Origin: Chloroflexota bacterium
GTDB taxonomy: Bacteria; Chloroflexota; Limnocylindria; P2-11E
DNA: 64,000 nt
NCBI GenBank assembly: GCA_005889405.1
Contig: VBFY01000068.1
Location: forward strand, 440-64,439
Reading direction: 5' to 3'
Every line of letters begins with the position of its first letter. Position 1 is the first letter of the stretch. This document shows, piece by piece, positions 45,933 through 55,217 of the stretch. The notes under the pieces were generated by a model. That model saw only the letters and a list, made by a program, of their open reading frames with translations. It did not search any database and was not told the DNA's origin. The position numbers were made by a program, and so were the translations under genes.

Positions 45933-46913
45933 CTGAGGGCGACGGAAGCGACGGCGAGCGACGTCCAGCGGTGGGACGAGCTGGTCGTCGCGACCGGGGA
46001 GCCGCACGTCCTGCAATCGGTCGCGTGGGCGGACTTGAAAGCCGCGACCGGTTGGAGCGTCCGACGCTTCGTGCTCGACGGCGGCGTCGCGCAGGTCCTC
46101 GTCAAGTCGCTGCCCCTGGGCATTTCGGTCGCGTACGCGCCGCGGGGGCCGCTCGTCGCTCCGGATCGTCTCGCCGACGCGATCACGGCGCTGCGAGAGG
46201 CGCTCGCCCGCGAGCGCTTCGCGAGTCTCCTCTGCGACCCGGAAGTTCGCGACGATCCGGACGTGCGAGCGAGTCTTGAGCGTGTCGGCGTCCGCGCGTC
46301 GCCGGTATTCGTGCAGCCGCGCCGCACGCTCCTGATGGACCTCTCGAAAGGCGACGAGGAGCTACTCGGCGCGATGAAGAAGAAGACGCGGCAGTACATC
46401 CACAAAGCGGAGCGCGCCGGCGTGGTGACCGAAGAGACGCGCGACCTCGACCGGTTCATGAACGTGCTCGGTGCCGTCGCGAAGCGCGACCGGTTCGCGA
46501 TCCGCTCGCGTGAGTACTTCGAGCGGCTCCTCGCGGCGTTCGGTGAGTGCGCGCTACTGATGATCGCGCGCCTGGGTGACGACGATGCCGGCGCGATGCT
46601 TCTGGTGCGGATGGCCGACCGCGCGTGGGAGCTCTACGGCGGCTGGAGCGGAGCGCACGCCGACGCTCGTCCCTTCTATCTGCTCAAGTGGCGCGCCATG
46701 CTGCGAATGCGCCAGCTCGGAGTACGCCGCTACGACATGTACGGCCTTGCGGAAGGCGCGGACGATCCGCTCGCCGGCGTCGAGAACTTCAAGCTCGGGT
46801 ACGCGGGCAACGTCGCGGAGTGGATCGGGGCGCTCGAAACGCCGGTGCGCAGCGTGCTCTATCCGCTGTGGCGGCTCGGCGCACGCCGGCGTCTCGCGCG
46901 CTCCGCCGCTTGA
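45933..46913 (+). CDS. FemABX-family peptidoglycan bridge aminoacyltransferase 1 (CTG start proposed; first canonical TTG is 46035)
   Basis: In-frame WDELV...HVLQSVAWADLK..GW upstream of 46035; YAPRGP, KKTRQYI.KA...GV, W.AM...YD.YG, FKLGY. Confidence 0.85.
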   Translation: MRATEATASDVQRWDELVVATGEPHVLQSVAWADLKAATGWSVRRFVLDGGVAQVLVKSLPLGISVAYAPRGPLVAPDRLADAITALREALARERFASLLCDPEVRDDPDVRASLERVGVRASPVFVQPRRTLLMDLSKGDEELLGAMKKKTRQYIHKAERAGVVTEETRDLDRFMNVLGAVAKRDRFAIRSREYFERLLAAFGECALLMIARLGDDDAGAMLLVRMADRAWELYGGWSGAHADARPFYLLKWRAMLRMRQLGVRRYDMYGLAEGADDPLAGVENFKLGYAGNVAEWIGALETPVRSVLYPLWRLGARRRLARSAA

Positions 46914-47929
46914 TGGACGCGCCTCGCGGTTGGGACGACGCGGCCGCTCGCTCGCCGTGGGGTCACGTGTTGCAGTCTTCGGTCTGGGCCGCCGTGCGCG
47001 AACGTCAGGGTTGGCGAGCCGAGTACCTGCGGATCGGTGACCCGCTGCCCGTCGCGCTCGTGCTCTGGAGGGACGCGCTCGCGGGCCAATGCATCGCGTA
47101 CGTGCCGCGTGGTCCGATCGTCGCGCCGGGCGACGGCGCGGGTCTGCTTCGCGCGCTCGCGCGTCTCGCGGATCTCGCGCGCGAGCGGCGCGCCATTTTC
47201 CTCAAGGTCGATCCCGAGCTGGAGTCCGCGTTCGCGGCAGAGCCCCTCCGCGCCGCCGGTTTCGCTGGCTCGCCGCAAGACATCCAGCCGGTCCTCGCCA
47301 CGCTCGAGCTCGACCTCGCTCCGGACGAGGACGCGCTGATGGCGGCCATGGACAAAGACACGCGCTGGAGCGTGAGGCAGGCTCCAAAGCGGGGCGTCTC
47401 GGTGCGCGAGGTGAGCGACGATGGAGGCCTTCGCGCCTTCTACGACCTGTACTCGCTGACCGGGCGGCGCGCCAACTTCATCACGCGCACCCCCGAGTAC
47501 TACCAGGCGGTCTGGCGCGCGCTCATCGACGCCCGGCTCGCGACGCTCCGCCTCGCGTACGACGACGACGCTCCCGTCGCCGGCGCGATGACCTGGCGCT
47601 GTGGCGAACGTACCGTCTATCAGACGGGCGCGACGAACGACGCCGCGCGGAAGAGCCATGCGGCGTACGCGCTTCTGTGGGAGTGCATCATCGGAGCGAA
47701 GCGGGAGGGCGCGACGCGCTTCGACCTCGGTGGCATACCGACCGACGTCGAGCGAAAGGACGATCCGATGTACGGGCCATATCTGTTCAAGCGCGGCTTC
47801 GGCGGCTCGGTGAGGCGCTGGGTCGGTGCGCACGATGCCGTGCCGCGGTCGCTCGCGTACCGCGCGTACCTGCTCGCGGAGCCGGCGTACACGACGGCGC
47901 TGCGGCTCGTTGGGCGCGTGCGCGGCTAG
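46913..47929 (+). CDS. FemABX-family peptidoglycan bridge aminoacyltransferase 2
   Basis: HVLQSSVW, YVPRGP, FLKVDPE, KDTRWSV..A.K.GV, LLWE.I..AK..G...FDLGG, FKRGFGG. Confidence 0.88.
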   Translation: MDAPRGWDDAAARSPWGHVLQSSVWAAVRERQGWRAEYLRIGDPLPVALVLWRDALAGQCIAYVPRGPIVAPGDGAGLLRALARLADLARERRAIFLKVDPELESAFAAEPLRAAGFAGSPQDIQPVLATLELDLAPDEDALMAAMDKDTRWSVRQAPKRGVSVREVSDDGGLRAFYDLYSLTGRRANFITRTPEYYQAVWRALIDARLATLRLAYDDDAPVAGAMTWRCGERTVYQTGATNDAARKSHAAYALLWECIIGAKREGATRFDLGGIPTDVERKDDPMYGPYLFKRGFGGSVRRWVGAHDAVPRSLAYRAYLLAEPAYTTALRLVGRVRG

Positions 47930-47935
47930 GTCGCC

Positions 47936-49435
47936 ATGAAGCTCGGACCGCTGCTCGAGAGCGCGCAGATCCCGGTCCCGGCGGGAGCCGCGGAGCTCGA
48001 CGTGCGCGCCATCGCGTACGACTCGCGAAGGGCCGCGCCGGGTTCGCTCTTCGTCGCGATCGAGGGTTTCCATCGCGATGGGCACGAGTTCGTGGCCGAC
48101 GCGGTGAAGCAGGGCGCCGTCGCCGTGGTCGCGCAGCACAAGATCCGCACGAAGGCGCCGGTCGCAGTCGTGGCGGACAGCCGCGCCGCGCTCGCCGATC
48201 TCGCGGCCGAAGTGTTCGAGCACCCGACACGCAAGCTGAAGCTCGTCGCGGTCACGGGCACCGACGGCAAGACCACGACGGTGCATCTCGTCTCGGACGT
48301 CCTCGAGGGGGGCGGCGAGCACACCGGATTCGCGACCACGGTGGACTTCAAAGTTGCCGACCACGTGTGGGCGAACGACACGCGCCAGAGCACGCAGGAG
48401 GCGGTCGAGATCCAGGAGTTCTTCGCCGAGCTCCTCGTCGCCGGCGGGACGTGGGGCGTGCTCGAGGCGACGTCGCATGCGCTCGCGCTGCGCAAGCTGC
48501 GCGGCTGCGAGGTGGACATCGCCGTGTTCACGAACCTCTCGCCGGAGCATCTGGACTTCCACGGCACGCTGCAGAGCTATCTCGAGGCGAAGGGCATCCT
48601 CTTCGGGATGCTCGGCCAGAGTGCTGACAAAGGCGTGCCGAAGACCGCCGTGCTCAACGCCGACGATCCGCACTGGCAGTACCTCGTCGATCGCGCAGCC
48701 GGCGCGAGCGTGATCACCTACGGCATCGACGCGCACGCGGATGTCCAGGGAACGGTGCTCTCGGCCGACGCGAGCGGATCGCGCGTGCGCGTCGAGGCGC
48801 GTGGCGAGACGGTCGAGATCGCGCTGCCGCTGGTCGGCCGCTTCAACGTGCACAACGCGCTCGCCGCGATCGCGGCGGGGCTCGCGGCCGGCGTGCCGCT
48901 CGCGAAGGCCCGCGACGCGCTGCAGCGCGCGAAGTCGGTCCGTGGCCGCATGGAGCGCGTCGACTGTGGGCAGCCATTCAGCGTGATCGTCGACTACGCG
49001 CACACGCCGGAGTCGCTCGACAAAGTCCTTGGCCTGCTGCGCCCTCTCACGAAGGGCCGGCTCATCGCCGTCTTCGGCAGCGCCGGCGAGCGGGACCGCA
49101 CCAAGCGCCCGCGGCTCGCCGAGGTCGCGGCGAAGCACGCCGACTTCTTCGTCATCACGCAGGAGGACCCGCGCCTGGAAGACCCGGCCGGGATCCTCGC
49201 GGAGATCGAAGCGGGTGCCACCGGTGCGGGGAAGGCCCGCGGGGCGGACTATGCGGTCATCGACGATCGTCGCGAGGCGGTGCGCGACGCGATGCGGCGC
49301 GCGCAGGCCGGCGACACGGTGCTCCTCGCCGGCAAGGGGCACGAAGGGTCGATCATCGTCGGCGAGGAGAAGCGGCCCTGGGACGAGGCCGCGGCGGCGC
49401 GCGACGCGCTCCGCGAGCTCGGCTTCGCGGCATGA
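47936..49435 (+). CDS. murE: UDP-MurNAc-dipeptide amino acid ligase
   Basis: DSR, VTGTDGKTTT, EATSH, FTNLS.EHLDFH, GRFNVHN, GRME, VDYAHTP, QEDPR.E, AGKGHE. Confidence 0.94.
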   Translation: MKLGPLLESAQIPVPAGAAELDVRAIAYDSRRAAPGSLFVAIEGFHRDGHEFVADAVKQGAVAVVAQHKIRTKAPVAVVADSRAALADLAAEVFEHPTRKLKLVAVTGTDGKTTTVHLVSDVLEGGGEHTGFATTVDFKVADHVWANDTRQSTQEAVEIQEFFAELLVAGGTWGVLEATSHALALRKLRGCEVDIAVFTNLSPEHLDFHGTLQSYLEAKGILFGMLGQSADKGVPKTAVLNADDPHWQYLVDRAAGASVITYGIDAHADVQGTVLSADASGSRVRVEARGETVEIALPLVGRFNVHNALAAIAAGLAAGVPLAKARDALQRAKSVRGRMERVDCGQPFSVIVDYAHTPESLDKVLGLLRPLTKGRLIAVFGSAGERDRTKRPRLAEVAAKHADFFVITQEDPRLEDPAGILAEIEAGATGAGKARGADYAVIDDRREAVRDAMRRAQAGDTVLLAGKGHEGSIIVGEEKRPWDEAAAARDALRELGFAA

Positions 49436-50076
49436 CGCGGCAGGTCAGGCCCGCTCGTGGATCGCACGGCGCGGTGCTCGCGCAGACGCGCGCGCTCGCC
49501 GAGCACCGCGGCGAGCTTGTCGCGCAGCTGCGCGCCGAGATCGGCCTGCCCGCGCGGCCGAACGGTCGGCCGGCGCTCGTCATCCTCATGGGCTTTCCGG
49601 GGGTGGGGAAGACGCACTGCGCGCGCCTGCTCGCCGCCCGGATCGGCGCCGCGCACGTGGCGACCGACCAGCTCCGCAGCCGCCTCTTCATCGCAGCGTC
49701 GTATGCCGCCGAGGAGAATCGCGCGGTGTTCACTCTGGCGGAGACGCTGGTGGACGACCTATTGGCGCAGGGGCACGTCGTCGTGCTCGACGCGACGAAT
49801 CTCATCGCGAGCAATCGCGCGCCGATGGAGAGCGTGGCGAGCCGTCGGGGCGCGGCGCTGCTCCATGTCCTCGTCGTCGCGGACGACGCGGAGGCGCGCG
49901 CACGCCTCGCGGCGCGGGCCGTCGCGCGGTCGGAGGACGATCACTCGGACGCCGACGTCGGCGTGTACGAGCGGATGCGCGAGCGTGGCTTCGAGGCGCC
50001 CGAGCGCTTCGTCGAGCTGCGGAACGGGGCGGACCTCACGTCGGAGATCGAGCGCGTGGCGGCGGCTCTGTCGTGA
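49432..50076 (+). CDS. P-loop kinase (AAA_33/COG0645-like)
   Basis: GFPGVGKT, DQLR, VVLDATN; ATGA-coupled to murE. Confidence 0.82.
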   Translation: MTRQVRPARGSHGAVLAQTRALAEHRGELVAQLRAEIGLPARPNGRPALVILMGFPGVGKTHCARLLAARIGAAHVATDQLRSRLFIAASYAAEENRAVFTLAETLVDDLLAQGHVVVLDATNLIASNRAPMESVASRRGAALLHVLVVADDAEARARLAARAVARSEDDHSDADVGVYERMRERGFEAPERFVELRNGADLTSEIERVAAALS

Positions 50077-51122
50077 GGCGGTATGTGCGCGGGCTCGTGT
50101 TCGGCGCGGTCGCGATCGCCCTGGTGATCGGCTACGGCGTCCTCGCCTCGCGCGCGGCGCCGCTCGTCTTCCTTCCGGCCGGCACACCGACTCCAACTCC
50201 GACGAAGCCGGTGAGCGCGGTGCCCGCGCCGCAGATCCCGGGAACGATCGCGTTCGCGCTGCGCGGCGACGTGTACATGCTCCGCGACGGCAAATACGTG
50301 AGCGTGACCTCCGACGCGCGTTCGATCCAGCCGAACCTGTCAGCGGACGGACGCACGCTGCTCTTCGTGCGCTCCGAGGCGATCAACGGGAAGCGCGACG
50401 TCGATGGCCAGGTCACTCCGGCGATCCTTCGCTACACCGACATCGTGAAGAAGGATCCGACTGGAGGCGCGGAGTCGATCCTGCTCACGGGCCTCCTCGT
50501 CTCCGCACCGAGCGGCCTCCACTCGGTCGCGTGGTTCACCGGACCAGCCCTGTCGCCGGACGGAAAGCAGTTCGCGGTCACGACCGACGCCGTCGACGGG
50601 GGTTCGGATCTCGAGCTCTTCGACGCGCAGACCGGCAAACGCGCGTCGCTGCTGTCGCAGGGCTCGAACCTCGCCGACGCGGCGTGGTCGCCGGATGGAA
50701 AGATGATCGCGGTGACCTCCTACACGCTCGGCGAGCCGCGCATCCTCCTTGTCCCGTCGGATGGCCGCGTGGCGTTGCCGCTCGCGATCAAAGGAACGAG
50801 CGGCGAGTCGTATCGGCCGTCCTATTCGCCCGATGGAGTCTGGATCACCTACACGCTGCGCCACGACGGCCGTAACGACGTGCACGCGGTCGAGGTGAAA
50901 ACGGGTCAGGACGTCGCGCTCACGAGCGACGGGAGGAGCTGGAACAGCGTGTTCTCGCCGGATGGGAAACAGATCGCATTCCTGCGCGAGAACGGCGGGC
51001 TCATCGATCTCTACGCGATGGATGTGTCTGAGGCTCTGACCGGCGGCTCGGCGCGCGCCGCGGTGAAGCTCACGCGTGGCGAGGGCATCGATGGCGACAG
51101 CCGGCCGGCTTGGGGGGGCTGA
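50073..51122 (+). CDS. Membrane-anchored PD40/TolB-like beta-propeller protein
   Basis: N-terminal TM, PT linker, repeated P..SPDG motifs; GTGA-coupled to the kinase. Confidence 0.82.
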   Translation: MRRYVRGLVFGAVAIALVIGYGVLASRAAPLVFLPAGTPTPTPTKPVSAVPAPQIPGTIAFALRGDVYMLRDGKYVSVTSDARSIQPNLSADGRTLLFVRSEAINGKRDVDGQVTPAILRYTDIVKKDPTGGAESILLTGLLVSAPSGLHSVAWFTGPALSPDGKQFAVTTDAVDGGSDLELFDAQTGKRASLLSQGSNLADAAWSPDGKMIAVTSYTLGEPRILLVPSDGRVALPLAIKGTSGESYRPSYSPDGVWITYTLRHDGRNDVHAVEVKTGQDVALTSDGRSWNSVFSPDGKQIAFLRENGGLIDLYAMDVSEALTGGSARAAVKLTRGEGIDGDSRPAWGG

Positions 51123-51123
51123 G

Positions 51124-51975
51124 CTAGACGAGGCGCTTGCGGATCTGAGCTGAGACGAAGTCCATTGTCGCGACCGTGACGACGATCATGAAGATGATCA
51201 GGCCTGCCGCGCCGTACTGGGAAAGGTTGATCGACTGGAAAAGGTCGAGGCCGATGCCGCCGCCACCCACCAGACCAAGAACGGGTGCCAGCCGAACATT
51301 CGCATCGAGGCGATAGATCGTGAACGAGATGAAGGGGTTCGTGATCTGCGGGAGGACCGCGGCCCATACGACCTGCAACCGATTCGCGCCGGTCGCGGTG
51401 ATCGCCTCGAGTGGCCCGGCGTCGATACCCTCGATCGCCTCGGAGTAGAGCTTGCCCATCACGCCGATGTTGTGGAAGGCGAGACCGAACACGCCGGCGG
51501 CGTTGCCAGGCCCGAAGATCGCGAGCAGAACGATCACGACGATGAGCACGTCGATCGATCGCAGGATCGTGAACGTCACGCGCACCACCGCGTAGATCGC
51601 CGCGGTGATCGGATTCCCGGTCATGATGTTGCGCGCTCCGAGGAACGACAGCGGTAGGGCCACGACGAATGAGAAGGCAGTCGCCATGATGCCAAGGAAG
51701 ATCGTCTCGATCATCTTCCACCAGGCCGTGTCCATGTACGTCTCGAACTCGTCGCGCGGCGTCATGATCGAGAAGTCCCACTTGAAGAGCAGCGCGATCC
51801 TGTTGATGACGTATTCCGGGTTCGCGCGGCCGGTGTCGATGTTGGTGATCTTCAGGCCGATGTAGAGGACGAGCAGCACGAGGGCGATCACGGTGAGCCT
51901 TCGCCAGTCGGTGAGAGGATTGCGGCGCAGCTCGAGCGGTACCGGCAGGCCGCGCGCCGTGAAGTACTCGGCCAT
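51124..51975 (-). CDS. phnE: Phosphonate/phosphite ABC permease
   Basis: LRSID, EAIEGIDAGPLEA..ATGA, LPQ, YRLDANVR, GLVGGGGIG; TGATG-coupled to phnC. Confidence 0.9.
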   Translation of the reverse strand: MAEYFTARGLPVPLELRRNPLTDWRRLTVIALVLLVLYIGLKITNIDTGRANPEYVINRIALLFKWDFSIMTPRDEFETYMDTAWWKMIETIFLGIMATAFSFVVALPLSFLGARNIMTGNPITAAIYAVVRVTFTILRSIDVLIVVIVLLAIFGPGNAAGVFGLAFHNIGVMGKLYSEAIEGIDAGPLEAITATGANRLQVVWAAVLPQITNPFISFTIYRLDANVRLAPVLGLVGGGGIGLDLFQSINLSQYGAAGLIIFMIVVTVATMDFVSAQIRKRLV

Positions 51976-52805
51976 CAGCGGCTTGGATCCACCTGCTCCG
52001 CGCCATCCGCAGCCAGCGGCTGCGGCTGTGGACGATCGGGACCGATCTCCACCTCCTCCGCGTCTTCGCCGTAGATCTCCTTGAAGCGCCGCTCGTCGAT
52101 CTCGGCCGGCTTGCCATCGAACGCGACCTGGCCCGCCTTCAGGGCGACCACGCGCGTGCCGTACCGCCGCGCCAGGGACAGGAAGTGCAGCGAGCAAACA
52201 ACTGTGATGTGGTCCTTCTTGTTGATCTCCTCGAGGTACTTCATCACCGAGTGGCTCGTCGCGGGGTCGAGGCTGGCCACCGGTTCGTCCGCGAGCATCA
52301 CCTCGGGTTTCTGCATGAGTGCGCGCGCGATCCCGACGCGCTGCTGCTGTCCGCCCGAGAGCGCGTCGGCGCGGCTGAACGCGCGGTCGGCGATCCCGAC
52401 GCGGCCGAGGTTCTCGAAGGCCGCGGCGACGTCGGACGACGTGGGGCGCGAGGCGATCGTCCGCCAGGTGGAGCGATACCCGAGACGGCCGGAGAGCACG
52501 TTGCTGAAGACCGAGGTCCGTCGCACGAGGTTGAACTGCTGGAAGATCATCCCGATGCGCCGTCGCACGCGGCGGATGGCCGCGCGATCGGCGGTCGTCA
52601 CATCGATCCCGTCGAACAGGATCGTCCCAGAGGTTGGGTCGACGAGACGATTGATGCATCGGAGGAGCGTCGACTTTCCGGAACCTGAAAGTCCGATGAG
52701 GACCACGAACTCGCCGCGCTGGATGTCGAGCGAGATGCCATCGAGTGCGCGCGTGCCGCCTGGATAGGTCTTCACGAGATCGTTGATGGAAACGATCGGC
52801 GGCAT
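51975..52805 (-). CDS. phnC: Phosphonate/phosphite ABC ATPase
   Basis: GLSGSGKSTLLR, FQQFNLV, LSGGQQQRV, ADEPVASLDP. Confidence 0.93.
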   Translation of the reverse strand: MPPIVSINDLVKTYPGGTRALDGISLDIQRGEFVVLIGLSGSGKSTLLRCINRLVDPTSGTILFDGIDVTTADRAAIRRVRRRIGMIFQQFNLVRRTSVFSNVLSGRLGYRSTWRTIASRPTSSDVAAAFENLGRVGIADRAFSRADALSGGQQQRVGIARALMQKPEVMLADEPVASLDPATSHSVMKYLEEINKKDHITVVCSLHFLSLARRYGTRVVALKAGQVAFDGKPAEIDERRFKEIYGEDAEEVEIGPDRPQPQPLAADGAEQVDPSR

Positions 52806-52820
52806 CCGCGGCAGTCTAGG

Positions 52821-52859
52821 GAAAGAACGAAGGCCGCCGGTGTTCCCGGCGGCCTTCGT
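52821..52859 (-). terminator. Intrinsic terminator-like hairpin downstream of phnD
   Basis: Perfect 14-bp stem 52827-40/52846-59 with TCTTTC tail on the minus strand. Confidence 0.75.
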
Positions 52860-52913
52860 CGATCACGCGATAGCGCGGGCTCAGCCGCGCGCATCGTGCC
52901 AGGTCTGCTACTG

Positions 52914-53942
52914 CTACGGAGCCTTGCTCGGCGACGCCGTGGGTGTAGCTGCGGGGCGAGGTGTGGCCTTCGCCAGCGTGGCGACATCCACGCCCGCGAG
53001 CTTCGCCGCCTCCCGCATCGGGTCGTAGAACTTGGCATCGATCTCCTGCATGCCGTTCCACGAGAACAGCGCCAGGAACTTCGCCTTGCCGTCATCGGTC
53101 TTGCTGTAGTCGATGAGCGCCTGCTTCACGGTCTTCCCAAGGTCGGCCGGGAAATCCTTCTGGAGCGCGACCCCGTCATTCGGGATCGGGCCGGCGGTGT
53201 CGATGACCTTGGTCTTCGTCTTGATGTCAGGGTTCGCGGCGACGAGCTGGTCGCGCACATCGATGAATGTCGCTGCACCGTCAACGTTGCCCTGGTAGAC
53301 GGCGAGCGCCGCCTGCGGGTGGCCGCCGGCGAAGATGATGCCGTTGGCCGCGAAGAACGTCTTCGGGTCCTGACCCGTCTTGTTCTTGATCGTGAGCGTC
53401 GGATACACGTAGCCCGACGCCGAGAGCGTGTCGACGAACGCGAACTTCTTGCCCTTGAGTCCGTTCAGGTCGGTGATGCCGCTGTCGGCACGGACGAGGA
53501 TCTGCGACTGGTACGTCGGGCTCAGGACCACCGAGCCGTCAAGCTTGGTCTCGTTGCGGAGCGCGCCGAGGACCGGCGAGCCGCAGGCGCGATCGAGCAG
53601 CAGGGTCATCTGCAGCGGCGCGAAGAAGCCGACGTCGATCTGACCCGAGCACATGCCCTCGACCTGCGCGGCATAGCTGCTCATGACGGTGACCTTCCAG
53701 GCCAAGCCGGTCGCGCGTTCGAGAGCGGCCTTGATGGCCGCGCCGTTGGTCGCGATGGTCGCCGCCTCCTGAGACGGCGTGAACGCGAGAACCACGGGAC
53801 GGTCGAATGAGCCGATGCGCGGTCCGGTGCTGGCCTTCGCGGCTTGAGTCGCCGTCGGTGGCGTTGCGGTCCCGCCACAGGCGGCGATAACGAGGCCCGC
53901 GGCCAGCGCCCACCCGAGCGGACCGCGGAGCGTGCGTCGCAT
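52914..53942 (-). CDS. phnD: Phosphate/phosphite/phosphonate-binding lipoprotein
   Basis: Lipobox VIAA-C, FTPS, YQSQILVRADSGI.DL..LKGK.FAFVD..SASGY.YP, GGH, IPNDG; SD GAAGGAGG. Confidence 0.9.
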   Translation of the reverse strand: MRRTLRGPLGWALAAGLVIAACGGTATPPTATQAAKASTGPRIGSFDRPVVLAFTPSQEAATIATNGAAIKAALERATGLAWKVTVMSSYAAQVEGMCSGQIDVGFFAPLQMTLLLDRACGSPVLGALRNETKLDGSVVLSPTYQSQILVRADSGITDLNGLKGKKFAFVDTLSASGYVYPTLTIKNKTGQDPKTFFAANGIIFAGGHPQAALAVYQGNVDGAATFIDVRDQLVAANPDIKTKTKVIDTAGPIPNDGVALQKDFPADLGKTVKQALIDYSKTDDGKAKFLALFSWNGMQEIDAKFYDPMREAAKLAGVDVATLAKATPRPAATPTASPSKAP

Positions 53943-53990
53943 GGGTCCCCTCCTTCAATAGCTGGAAGCCTCCGTATGATAGGTCGCAAC

Positions 53991-54812
53991 GTGTCCTTCC
54001 TCACCAAGCTCGCGGAGTCGTCGCGAGCGCGGGACAGCATCGTCTGTGTCGGGCTCGACCCTGAACCCGATCTCATCCCCGAGATGCTCGGCTCCGGTCC
54101 ACAGGCGGCGCTGCGCTTTCTTCGGCGGGTGATCCGCGCGACGTCCGACTACGCCTGCGCGTACAAACCGAACCTCGCGTTCTACGAGCGTTACGGGAGC
54201 GCGGCTTTCGACGTGCTCGCGCTGACACTGCAGGCCATCCCCGACGATATTCCGGTCGTGCTCGATGCGAAGCGCGGCGATGTCCCGAACACCTCCGCCG
54301 CGTACGCGGACGCGCTCTTCGACTCCTTCCACGCGGACGCCGTTACCGTCGCGCCGTATCTGGGCATGGATAGCATCGAGCCGTTCTGCATCCAGGGCCG
54401 TTACGCGCTCGTCCTCGCTCGCACGAGCAATCCGGGCGCGGGCGACGTCCAGGACCTTTCCGTCGCGGGGCGGCCGCTGTACGAGCATGTCGTGGAGCGC
54501 AGCGTCGCGTCGTTCGCAGCCGAAGCGTGCGGCTTCGTCGTGGGCGCGACGTATCCCGAAGAGGCGCGCCGCATCCGCGAGCTGGCGCCCGATCGTATGT
54601 TCCTCATGCCCGGCGTCGGCAGTCAGGGCGGAGATATCGCGACCGCGATCCGTGCCGCCCTCGACGCGCGCGGTGGTGGCGTGCTCCCCTCGGCCTCGCG
54701 CTCGATCACATATGCGTCGACCGGCGCCGACTTCGAGGCCGCGGCGGCATCCGCGGCGCGCGCCCTGCGCGATGGGGCCAATGCGGCCCGTGCCGCGGTG
54801 GAGCGCCGCTGA
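53991..54812 (+). CDS. pyrF: Orotidine-5'-phosphate decarboxylase (alternative start 53976)
   Basis: CVGLDP, YKPNLAFYE, DAKRGDVPNT, TSNPG, VVGAT, PGVG.QGG. Confidence 0.93.
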   Translation: MSFLTKLAESSRARDSIVCVGLDPEPDLIPEMLGSGPQAALRFLRRVIRATSDYACAYKPNLAFYERYGSAAFDVLALTLQAIPDDIPVVLDAKRGDVPNTSAAYADALFDSFHADAVTVAPYLGMDSIEPFCIQGRYALVLARTSNPGAGDVQDLSVAGRPLYEHVVERSVASFAAEACGFVVGATYPEEARRIRELAPDRMFLMPGVGSQGGDIATAIRAALDARGGGVLPSASRSITYASTGADFEAAAASAARALRDGANAARAAVERR

Positions 54813-55138
54813 TGTTCGGCGTCGGTCCGGAGGAGCTCATGCTCGTGCTGATCGTCGCGCTGCTGGTTCTCGGCCCCGAGCGCCTGCCGCGCATCGCGCG
54901 CGATGTCGGCCGCGTCGTCGGGGAGCTGCGCCGCACATCGGACGAGTTCCGCGAAGAGTTCCTGAACGCCGACAAGTACCTCGAGAAGGCGGCGGGCGCG
55001 CCCGCGCCCGCCGCGCAGCCGGCGCCGGCGGTCACCCTGGCGCCGACGCCCAGCGATCCGAACGAGTCGGCGTTCGACCGTGAGATGCGGGAGGCGCGCG
55101 AGCGCCTCGCGGCGTCGCGCGAAAAACCCGCGACGTAG
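54812..55138 (+). CDS. tatB: Twin-arginine translocase TatA/TatB subunit (TatB-like)
   Basis: MFGVGPEEL...ALLVLGPERLP, then amphipathic helix. Confidence 0.8.
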   Translation: MFGVGPEELMLVLIVALLVLGPERLPRIARDVGRVVGELRRTSDEFREEFLNADKYLEKAAGAPAPAAQPAPAVTLAPTPSDPNESAFDREMREARERLAASREKPAT

Positions 55139-55162
55139 GCTTCGATGAACGGCTCCGTCACC

Positions 55163-55217
55163 TATACTGGTGACGTTGAGCGCCCGAGTGGCGCTCTTTT
55201 CACGCCCGGAGGAATAG
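55163..55217 (+). promoter_or_regulatory. secD leader: -10 box, possible leaderless 13-aa uORF, and terminator-like hairpin
   Basis: TATACT 55163-68; TTG 55176 to TAG 55217; GAGCGCC-CGAGT-GGCGCTC-TTTT 55178-55200. Confidence 0.45.

Noticed and set aside
46859-49342. 827-aa minus-strand ORF and many similar long antisense or alternate-frame ORFs (for example 31494-33434, 25347-27152, 39699-41246, 44954-46459)
   Set aside because: Shadows of well-supported genes in high-GC DNA where stops are rare; Arg/Ala-rich and motif-free
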